Below, one piece after another: positions 49,807 to 61,800 of a stretch of DNA of 64,000 nt. Source of the stretch: Nitrosopumilaceae archaeon (GTDB taxonomy: Archaea; Thermoproteota; Nitrososphaeria; Nitrososphaerales; Nitrosopumilaceae). The stretch lies in NCBI GenBank assembly GCA_965209085.1, contig OZ242376.1:1440001-1504000 (forward strand). Reading direction: 5' to 3'. The translations under genes and the position numbers were made by a program. Position 1 is the first letter of the stretch. Each line of letters opens with the position of its first letter. Below the pieces are notes generated by a model. That model was given only the letters and a program-made list of their open reading frames with translations. It did no database searches and was not told where the DNA came from.

Positions 49807-52800
49807 CTATTTAGTATCATCATACAAGAGATTTGAGAGCTGTTGCATGCGTGCAGTTTCCAACTCTAAGACAAGTTTGAATGAATCGCCTTTTCTAGAG
49901 TCCGTGCCGGTTGCATCAAAGTATATAGTTCCGCCATTCTCTGGCAGTGGTTTTATAATTGTGGCATGCCCCAATATTCCCGCAAGTGTTTCCTGGGCTC
50001 TTTTCTGCTCAGCGTATACAGTTGATGCAAAGTCCGGATGGTTGCGGTCAGGACCGTGCAGTGTTCCGTATGTGTTATCATCAGGTACTACATATTCGGG
50101 GGTGGTAATTTGACGAACCGTATTTCCGATTATCATCCATTGGTAGCCGTATTGGTCCACCCAGAGGTGCTCTGCTCTGTCGATTTGCACCAAATGCAGT
50201 GTTTCAACCGTATTAGATATGCCTGTAGCATGGGATGTGCTAATATCAATCTCCTTTGGCAAGTTTATGGAATCACCATCAACGTGTATTCCATCGTTAA
50301 AGTAAAACTGGTGTGCATTATTATCCCAGTCTACTGGTTTTATCGATACTGTATTGTATATGGGAGGCTCTCTGTATGAATATTTCAGCTCTACTAGCAG
50401 GCACTGTTGTACATCACCTGTGCATGATATTTGTGATACAGTAGATGATACATCAGAGTCTTCAAGCAAGTTTAGTTTATCCACTATAACGATCTCTTTT
50501 ACTGCAATACTGTCCTTTTGCATCCATACCTCTACAAATGCTTCAGCCTCATGATATAATCCAACATCAGGTACTCCCAGTGCAACCTCTACGCGTTTAA
50601 TGCCTGCAGGTCCAGCACTGTCGTATATTTTCATTTTTATCGTGTTCATATCGCCCACGTTTGTTCCAATCAGTGGGAATTCTGTATGATATCTGCCCAC
50701 GTTTACTGTCAAACCATTGTATTCAAAACCGTTTGTGACAAGCTGTGCCCCAGAGCTTGTCTTGCCCAATGTTGGTGCGTTACTATCACTATCACTATCA
50801 CTGCCACCAGAGCTTGTGGTGTTTACTTTAAAGTCAGAGAGGTGTGATGTCCATATCGTAACGGTGCGTGCTGTGGAATCGTACGTGTACAAGACGCCAC
50901 TAAAACTAGCATTTCCATTTATAACAGTCAGGGCAGAAGAAGCGTCATCAATAGTACCACTGTAACGATTTATTGTATCATATGAATCAAAAGTACCGTT
51001 TCTAACAAATGCTTCAAATGAGGATCTAATGCCTGAAAAAGTTAATTCCAGTGCATTGCCTGTGAGCGTATATGAGATGTTATCAAATCCAAATCTTATT
51101 GCATCATCATTATGGTTGTCTATAATTTCATGAATGGTAAAGTTTCCAGGGTTTGAATTATTAGTATTAAATGTCATTGTGGTGTTACGTTCTATTTTTG
51201 CCGTTATTTTTAAATTTACCATTAGATCAAGTGGGTGAGGATATGTTGTAGTGTGCGTAACTGTAGAACCAGATGTAGTGTTAGATGTAACAGCGGATGT
51301 GTTCAATTCCAGTGTTGATGCGTGTAATTTAAGCCGGTTATCAGGATTGATGAGGCCATCATTATGTATTTGAGCCATTATTATACCATCAGGGTTTTGA
51401 ACTATTGGAGTGTTGCTGTCAATGTGGCTAGAGTTTAGAATTGTGGTGCCGTTTACATTCCTTACGTCGATGTATGTTGTAGCACTAGAGCCCGGATTGC
51501 CTGCATTGTCATCATTTGCAGTACATGTAACAGGGTATACGTGGGCGGTCTCATTGTTAACATGTGTTGTGTCACATGTTGGAATTGTAAAATTATAATT
51601 TGGATCACCATCTGTCACGGTACCTGTAATTACCTGAGGTTGTTCGCCTATCGTGATGAATTTAGGCAGGTCTAGTGTAATAGTTGGAGGTATGGTATCG
51701 ACAAATACGTTGGAACCGGTTAGATCATCGTGTGTAACAATCAGGGTTGCTCCGTTGGCATTTGTAACCGTAATGATAAAAGTGGCGTTTGATTCGATTG
51801 CACTAGTTGGAATTATACGAGTTGCTGTGAGGGTACTACCTGACGAAGAATTAGTAGTGAGTGGACCGTTTTGAATTGTTACCGTATCGCTTGTAATGGT
51901 ATCATTTATCACCAACATTAGAGTCAGCGTATCGCCAGCTTTTGCGTATTGGGTGTTTTGGTTGTCAGATGTAAGGGTTAATGTGTTAATAATAATTGGC
52001 GGTGTATCCTGTACGATAACATTTCGTGTTATGGTCGGTCCTGTATTGCCTGCAGGATCATCTGGTGCAGTATAAGTGAGGGTATAGTTGCCAGCTGTTG
52101 CAATATCTACAGTGCCATCTCCGGATACTTTTACGCTACCTGTTGCATATGATGCATCAGTTGCATTTGCACCCGGGTCGGTAAACGTATATCCAAGTAT
52201 TTGGATTGTGTTATTATTACCGATTAGTGTTATTTCAGGAGCTATCGTATCTATAGTGACATATGAGCTGTCTGTGATGTCAGCATTTGTTACTGATATT
52301 TGACCACCAGTAGAGTTTGTCACGGTAATTGAAAACGCGGCATCTCCATCATCGCCGGATACGACAGTGGCAATAAATTCAGCAGAGCCGCCGGTTATAG
52401 TACTAGACAATGATCTGCCAAGCAAGGTTCCATTGGTATTGTCCAAATCAGAACTATCTGTGGCAAGTGTGACGGTTATGTTTTTGCCTGCATTTGCATA
52501 ATTGGTGCCTGATGAGCTTGCAATAGTCAGCGAGTTGATTGTAATTGGTTCAAAGTCAACCACTGTAACTGTTCGTGTTACACTAGGACCGGCATTTCCT
52601 GCCCCATCAGGATTGGCAGTATACGTGTATAATACAACAGAGCCTAACACGCTCGTATCCAAAGTGGCGTTTGTGGCAATGTTAAAAGTGCCAGCATAAT
52701 TTGGATCCCCGTCAGTTACAGTAACGTTTGGAATAGACGATGCATTGTTGTTTTGCAATATGTTGTGGTTTTTAGAGCCAATCAGGGATATTTCAGGTGC

Positions 52801-55800
52801 GATTGTATCGATGAATATATTGTTGCTCTGCGATATGATACTCTCTGTTACAAACAGAGTTGTACCCTCAGCGTTTACAACCTGTATTGCAAAGGTTGCA
52901 TACGATTCTGTTTGTACAGGAGGTACAGTTATTGTGGCACTATAATTGGCACCATTTAGGGTTACACTAGGGGTTAATCCCAGTATTTGGCTTGTATGAG
53001 ATGAGATTATATTATTTACGGTAAATTGTACGGTGAGTGTATCGCCTGTTTTGGCATATGCTAGATTTGCATTGTTGCTAGTTATGTTAACCGTTGATGG
53101 TGTTGATTCCAGTTTTATGATTTGGAGACCTTCAGCATTTGAGGCTATAAATGCATATATTTTGCCATTTATGGTTGCAGTAATGACATCTCGTGGGTCA
53201 TCCAGATTTGTATAACCGCCAGTATTATCCATGAGAGAATATGCAGGTTTGGGGTTGTATGGGTCTGTAATGTCTATTATTTGGATGCCATCATCAAAAC
53301 GGGATGCCACCAAGGCATAAACTGATGATCCTACAGTTACGGTGGTGATGCTATTTGGACCATCTAGTGTATCATAGCCGTCTATTCCATCTGTTACACT
53401 TGATGCAGGTAATGGGTTGTATGGGTCTGTAATGTTTATGATTTGGATGCCATCATCATTATAGGATGCCACCAAGGCATAAACTGATGATCCTACAGTT
53501 ACAGTGGTGATGCTATTTGGACCATCTAGTGTATCATAGCCGTCTATTCCATCTGTTACACTTGATGCATTTGATGGGTTGTATGGGTTTGTAATGTTTA
53601 TAATTTGGACGCCATCATCCACAGCGCCTATCGCCAAGGCATAAACTGATGCACCGATTGTTACGGTGGTAATGTCAAGTGCGTATCCTAGTTCAAAATA
53701 ACCATCCGTATCATCGGTAAGGTATGATACAGGTGATGGGTTGTAGGGGTTTGTAACGTCTATGATTTGGACGCCGTTTGAAGGATTACCTGATGCAAAC
53801 AGTGCAAAAGTTGAGGCACCTATTGTTACGGTTGTAACGCCTAGTGCATTGTATAGTCGCGGATAGTCGGTGCCGTTTACAAGTTTTGCAGTAACAGATG
53901 GGGATGTAGGTGAGCTGATGTCGGTTATACGAGTAATAGCAGTACCACCTGCAGCTATGGCATATGGGGTATTATCTATTGTAAAGATGGATGTTTTGAA
54001 TGCAGGTACGAAAGTGATATTACTAAATACTATACTAGGTAATGCAGGATTTGTAACGTCTGCAATAATCCATGCTCCGGTAGTTCCTCTCGCTAACAAG
54101 GCATATGTTTTACCACTTGTTTCAAACAGATTGACGTTATCAGTAGTTATATCGGTTGAAAAATTAGTACCTTTTGTTAGTGTTCCACTCGGAGAGTGGA
54201 TAAGTTTAGTTTCAAGTGCCAACTGCGCTACATTCAAAACATTCACAGTACGGGATATGGTGTTACCTGGATTTCCTGCACCGTCTGCAGGAGCTGTATA
54301 GTTTAGCGTGTACGTACCTATTGTATTTGTATTTACTGTATCACTGCTGTATACTATAATGTTCTCATACGAGGCATCTGATGCAATAGCACCTAAATCT
54401 ATGAAATTGGCCCCGCGTGCCAGGGTTATATTTTCAGTACCGCGCAGAGATATCTCAGGTTTGATGGTATCAATGGTAACGTACGAGCCATCCTTTATAT
54501 CGATATTGGATATGCTAATTTGATTTCCGCTAGAGTTTGTCACGGTAATTGAAAATGTAGCGTTTTCATTTGTATCATTTAGCTGGACGGTAACAGTAAA
54601 GGTGGCATTGCCGCCGTTTGTAGTATTTGTAAATGATCTACCAAGCAGTGTTCCAGTAAAGTTGCCAAGATCCGAACCATCAGTGGCAAGTGTGAGGGTT
54701 ATGATTTTGCCTGCATTTGCATAATTGTTTCCAGAATTGCTTGCAATACTCAGCGAGGTAACATTTATTGGGTCAACATCCACTATCCGGACGATTCGGG
54801 TTGTGCTAGCTCCGGGATTTCCTGCATTATCATCATGTGCTGTATACGTGTATTCGTAGATTGCACCAAGTATTGCAGTACTAAATGTGCCGTTTATGGC
54901 GGTGTCGTAAGTTCCCGAATAGTTTGGATCACCGTCTTTTACAGTGGCACCGGGATCTGTATATGGGCTGTCTAAAACTATGCCACTGTCTGCAGATCCT
55001 ATCAGGGTTATGTTTGGAGATATGGTATCGACAAATACGTTGGGACCGGTTAGATTATCTTCTGTAACAGTCAGGGTTGTTCCGTTGATGTTTGTAACAG
55101 TAAAGGTAAATGTAGCGTTTGATTCGGTTGCATTATTTGGAGTATCTAAATCTGCAAAGAGTTGACGGTCATTGCCACTAGAAATAAATTGAGTATCGGG
55201 GTCAGTGTTTAGAATTTGACCCGTATAGGTTATAATTGTATAATTTACCGTCAACTCTAGATCCAGTCTATCGCCTGCTTTGGCGTATGATTTGTTGGTA
55301 TTGAAAGATGTTATGGTAAACTCTGTGATACCAATTGGCAGTGTATCCTGTACGATAACATTCCGTGTTATGGTAGATCCTGTATTGCCTGCAGGATCAT
55401 CTGGTGCAGTATAAGTGAGGGTATAATTACCAACTATTGCAGTATTTACATTGCCGGCTCCGGATACTTGTACGCTACTTGTTGCATATGATGCATCAGT
55501 TGCTGTGGCACCTGGATCCGTATAGGGGGAATTTGTTGCAACGCGAGTGTTGTTTTCACCGTTTAATGTTATGCTAGGTGCAGTTGTATCTATGGCAATA
55601 TTTGATCCAGTCAGGTCTCTATTTGTAAATGTTGTAAATGTGGAATTATCCTCGTTGTATGCGGTAATCGAAAATGTGACGCTGGCAGTATCGACAAAGG
55701 TTCCAGCAACTGTTACCGTGGCGGATGCATTATTGCCAGTGACAGTATATGCAACAGGATTGTTGGCAATTGTTCCTACAATATAATCAATCGTGCCGTT

Positions 55801-58800
55801 TGTAGCAAGCGTTACTGTAATCACATCCCCGTCTTTGGCAAAAGAGGTGTTTACATTGTTGGATTCAATTGTCAGCGAATTCAGACCCAGCGGTTTTGCA
55901 AATACTGTAACTGTTCTAGTTTGTTGATCCGGCTCGTTACCTGCCGCATCCGCAGTGCCAGTATAGGTAATGTTTTGTGGGCCAAGTATCGCGGTGTTTA
56001 ATGATGTGTTAGATACGGAACCTGCATATGATGCATTGTTACTATCTGATATTGTGGTGCCCGGATCCTGATATGTCTCACCCTGGAATACAGAACCTGC
56101 ACCGCCAGTCAAAACAATTACGGGTTTTATCGTATCTATTGTGACAGATGAGCTATCTGTGATATCACTATTTGTTAATGTGATTTTGTTGCCACTAGAG
56201 TTTGTAGCAGTAATTGAAAACGTGGCATCTCCATCATCGCCGGACTGGACTGTACCGGTAAACGTAGCAGAGCCTCCGGTTGTAGTATTTGTAAATGATC
56301 TGCCAAGCAAGACTCCAGTAAGGCTGTTAAGATTTGTACCATCCGTTACAAGAGTGACGGTTACGGTTTTGCTCTCATTTGCATAATTATTTCCAGAATT
56401 GCTTGCAATACTCAGCGAGTTAACATTTATTGGCGGTACATCCTGTACTGTAACAGTCCGTGTTATGACCGGTCCAATATTACCTGCAGGATCATCAGGT
56501 GCAGTATAAGTGAGAGTATAGATGGCATTTGTTGTAGTATCTACATTGCCGGCTCCGGATACTTGTACGCTACCTGTTGCATATGATGCATCAGATGCTG
56601 TGGCGTTTGGATCCTCATATGGTTGATTCCTGATAACAATGGTGTTGTTTGCACCGTTTAATGTTATACTAGGTGCAGTTGTATCTATGGCAATATTTGA
56701 TCCAGTCAGATTTGTATCTGTAAATATTTTATATGCAAGATTATCCGCGTTGGATGCGTTAATTGAAAATGTGACGCTGGCAGTATCAGTAAAGGTTCCA
56801 TTAACTGTTACCGTAGCTGATGCACTATCACCGGTGGCAGTATATGTGACAGAATTGCCTGCAATTACCCCTGTAACATTACCAATCGTGCCGTTTGCAG
56901 CAAGTGTTACTGTAATCACATCCCCATCTTTGGCAAAAGAGGTGTTTACATTGTTGTTTGATTCAATTGTCAGCGAATTCAGACCCAGCGGTTTTGCCAA
57001 TACTGCAACTGTTCTAGTTATTTGATCCGGCTCGTTACCTGCCGCATCCGCAGTGCCAGTATAGGTGATGGTTTTTGCACCAAGTGTAGAGGTGTCAATT
57101 GATGAGGCAGATACAGAACCAGCATATGATGCATTGCCATCATCTGATACAGTTGTGCCCGGATCCTGATATGTCTCACCTTGGAGTACAGAATCATTGC
57201 CTCCAGTCAGGGCAATTACGGGTTTTATCGTATCTATTATGATAGATGAGCTATCTGTGATATCACTATTTGTTAATGTGATTTTGTTGCCACTAGAGTT
57301 TGTAGCAGTAATTGAAAACGTGGCATCTCCATCATCGCCGGACTGGACTGTACCGGTAAACGTAGCAGAGCCTCCGGTTGTAGTATTTGTAAATGATCTG
57401 CCAAGCAAGATTCCAGTAAGGCTGTTAAGATTTGTACCATCCGTTACAAGAGTGACGGTTACGGTTTTGCCCGTATTTGCATAATTATTTCCAGAATCAC
57501 TTACAATACTCAGCGAGTTGACATTTATTGGCGGTGCATCCTGTACTGTAACAGTCCGTGTTATGACAGGTCCAATATTACCTGCAGGATCATCCGGTGC
57601 AGTATAAGTGAGAGTATAGTTGTCAGCTATTGTAATATCTACATTGCCAGCTCCGGATACCTGTACGCTACCTGTTGCATATGATGCATCAGATGCTGTG
57701 GCGTTTTTATCCACATATGTGGAATTTGTGAAAACTAGAGTATTGTTTGCACCGTTTAATGTTATGCTAGGTGCAGTTGTATCTATGGCAATATTTGATC
57801 CATTCAGATTTGCATCTGTAAATATTTTATATGCAAGATTATCCGCGTTGGATGCGTTAATTGAAAATGTGACGCTGGCAGTATCAGTAAAGGTTCCATT
57901 AACTGTTACCGTAGCTAATGCACTATCACCGGTGGCAGTATATGTGACAGAATTGCCTGCAATTACTCCTGTAACATTACCAATCGTGCCGTTTGCAACA
58001 AGCGTTACTGTAATCACATCCCCGTCTTTGGCAAAAGAGGTGTTTACATTGTTGTTTGATTCAATTGTCAGCGAATTTAGACCAAGAGGTTTTGCCAATA
58101 CTGTAACTGTTCTAGTTTGTTGATCCGGCTCGTTACCTGCCGCATCCGCAGTGCTAGTATAGGTAATGGTTTTTGCACCAAGTGTAGAGGTGTTAATTGA
58201 TGAGGCAGATACGGAACCGGCATATGATGCATTGCCATCATCGGATACAGTTGTGCCCGGATCCTGATATGTCTCACCCTGGAGTACAGAATCATTGCCT
58301 CCAGTCAGGGCAATTACGGGTTTTATCGTATCTATTATGATATATGAGCTATCTGTGATATCACTATTTGTTAATGTGATTTTGTTGCCACTAGAGTTTG
58401 TAGCAGTAATTGAAAACGTGGCATCTCCGTCATCGCCGGACTGGACTGTACCGGTAAACGTAGCAGAGCCTCCGGTTGTAATATTTGTAAATGATCTGCC
58501 AAGCAAGACTCCAGTAAGGCTGTTAAGATTTGTACCATCCGTTACAAGAGTGACGGTTACGGTTTTGCTCTCATTTGCATAATTATTTCCAGAATTGCTT
58601 GCAATACTCAGCGAGTTAACATTTATTGGCGGTACATCCTGTACTGTAACAGTCCGTGTTATGACCGGTCCAATATTACCTGCAGGATCATCAGGTGCAG
58701 TATAAGTGAGAGTATAGATGGCATTTGTTGTAGTATCTACATTGCCGGCTCCGGATACTTGTACGCTACCTGTTGCATATGATGCATCAGATGCTGTGGC

Positions 58801-61800
58801 GTTTGGATCCTCATATGGTTGATTCCTGATAACAATGGTGTTGTTTGCACCGTTTAATGTTATACTAGGTGCAGTTGTATCTATGGCAATATTTGATCCA
58901 GTCAGATTTGTATCTGTAAATATTTTATATGCAAGATTATCCGCGTTGGATGCGTTAATTGAAAATGTGACGCTGGCAGTATCAGTAAAGGTTCCATTAA
59001 CTGTTACCGTAGCTGATGCACTATCACCGGTGGCAGTATATGTGACAGAATTGCCTGCAATTACCCCTGTAACATTACCAATCGTGCCGTTTGCAGCAAG
59101 CGTTACTGTAATCACATCTCCGTCTTTGGCAAAAGAGGTGTTTACATTGTTGTTTGATTCAATTGTCAGCGAATTCAGACCCAGGGGTTTTGCAAATACT
59201 GTAACTGTTCTAGTTATTTGATCCGGCTCGTTACCTGCCGCATCCGCAGTGCCAGTATAGGTGATGGTTTTTGCACCAAGTGTAGAGGTGTTAATTGATG
59301 AGGCAGATACGGAACCGGCATATGATGCATTGCCATCATCGGATACAGTTGTGCCCGGATCCTGATATGTCTCACCCTGGAGTACAGAATCATTGCCTCC
59401 AGTCAGGGCAATTACGGGTTTTATCGTATCTATTATGATATATGAGCTATCTGTGATATCACTATTTGTTAATGTGATTTTGTTGCCACTAGAGTTTGTA
59501 GCAGTAATTGAAAACGTGGCATCTCCGTCATCGCCGGACTGGACTGTACCGGTAAACGTAGCAGAGCCTCCGGTTGTAGTATTTGTAAATGATCTGCCAA
59601 GCAAGATTCCAGTAAGGCTGTTAAGATTTGTACCATCCGTTACAAGAGTGACGGTTACGGTTTTGCCCGTATTTGCATAATTATTTCCAGAATCACTTAC
59701 AATACTCAGCGAGTTGACATTTATTGGCGGTGCATCCTGTACTGTAACAGTCCGTGTTATGACAGGTCCAATATTACCTGCAGGATCAACAGGTGCAGTA
59801 TAAGTGAGGGTATAATTGCCAACTATTGCAGTATTTACATTGCCGACTCCGGATACCTGTACGCTACCTGTTGCATATGATGCATCAGATGCTGTGGCGT
59901 TTTTATCCACATATGTGGAATTTGTGAAAACTAGAGTATTGTTTGCACCGTTTAATGTTATGCTAGGTGCAGTTGTATCTATGGCAATATTTGATCCATT
60001 CAGATTTGCATCTGTAAATATTTTATATGCAAGATTATCCGCGTTGGATGCGTTAATTGAAAATGTGACGCTGGCAGTATCGGCAAAGGTTCCATCAACT
60101 GTTACCGTAGCTGATGCATTATTGCCGGTGACAGTGTATGTAGCAGAATTGCCTGCAATTACTCCTGTAACATTACCAATCGTGCCGTTTGCAACAAGCG
60201 TTACTGTAATCACATCCCCGCCTTTGGCAAAAGAGGTGTTTACATTGTTGTTTGATTCAATTGTCAGCGAATTCAGACCCAGCGGTTTTGCCAATACTGT
60301 GATAGTTCTGTTTATTGAATCCGGTACGTTACCTGCCGCATCTGCAGTGCCAGTATAGGTGATGGTTTTTGCGCCAAGTGTAGAGGTGTCAATTGATGAG
60401 GCAGATACTGGACCAGCATATGATGCATTGTTACTATCTGATACTGTGGTGCCCGGATCCTGATATGTCTCACCCTGGAGTACAGAATCATTGCCTCCAG
60501 TCAGGGCAATTACGGGTTTTATCGTATCTATTGTGACAAACGAGCCGTCTGTGGTGTCAGTAGTTGTTATTGAAATTTGGTTGCCACTAGAGTTTGTCAC
60601 GGTAATTGAAAACGCGGCATTTCCATCATCGCCAGGTACGACAGTGGCAGTAAATTCAGCAGAGCCGCCGTTTGTATCATTTACCAACGCTCTTCCAAGC
60701 AGTGTTCCAGTAAAGTTGCCAAGATCCGAACCATCAGTGGCAAGTGTGACGGTTATGTTTTTGCCTGCATTTGCATAATTGGTGCCGGATGAGCTTGCAA
60801 TAGTCAGCGAGTTGATTGTAATTGGTTCAGCCTCAACCACTGTAACTGTTCGTGTTACACTAGAACCGGCATTCCCTGCCCCATCTGTAGCAGCAGTATA
60901 CGTGTACGTTACTGTAGAGTTTATCACGCTAGTGTCCAAAGTGCCGTTGATTGTGATAGTAAAGGTATCCGGATAGTTTGGGTCCTCATCAGTTATGATT
61001 GCACCAGGGATGAACGGATCAGTTGAATTCAAAATTACCGTAAAAGATGAGGTGCCGATGAGTGATATTCTAGGTCCAATTGTGTCGATGAATACGTTGG
61101 AGGCTAATGGTACGTCGTTTTCTGTCACGGATAGGGTTGCGCCATCAGCGTTTGAAACCTGTATTGCAAAGGTTGCATACGATTCTGTTTGTACAGATGG
61201 TACGGTTAATGTGGCACTATAATTGGCACCATCTAGGGTTACATTGGGGGTTAATCCCAGTATTTGGCTTGTATGAGATGAGATTGTGTCATTTACGGTA
61301 AATTTTACGGTGAGTGTATCGCCTGTTTTTGCATATGCTGGATTTGTATTGTTGCTAGTTATGTTAATCGGTGGTGGTGATTCCAGTTTTATGATTTGGA
61401 GACCATCAACATTTGAGGCTATAAATGCATATGTTGTGCCATTTATGGTTGCAGTAATAACAGCTCTTGGGTCATCTAGATTTGTATAACCGCCAGTATT
61501 ATCCACGATGGAAGATGCAGGTTTGGGGTTGTATGGGTCTGTAATGTCTATTATTTGGATGCCATCATCAAAACTGGATGGTGCCAAGGCATAAACTGAT
61601 GATCCTATAGTTACGGTGGTGATGCCATATGGAGCATCTAGTGTATCATAGTCGCCTATTCCGTCTGTTACGCTTGATGCATGTAATGGGTTGTATGGGT
61701 CTGTAATGTTTATGATTTCGATGTCATCATCATAAAGGGATGCCACCAAGGCATAAACGGATGATCCTACAGTTACGGTGGTGATGCTAATTGGACCACG

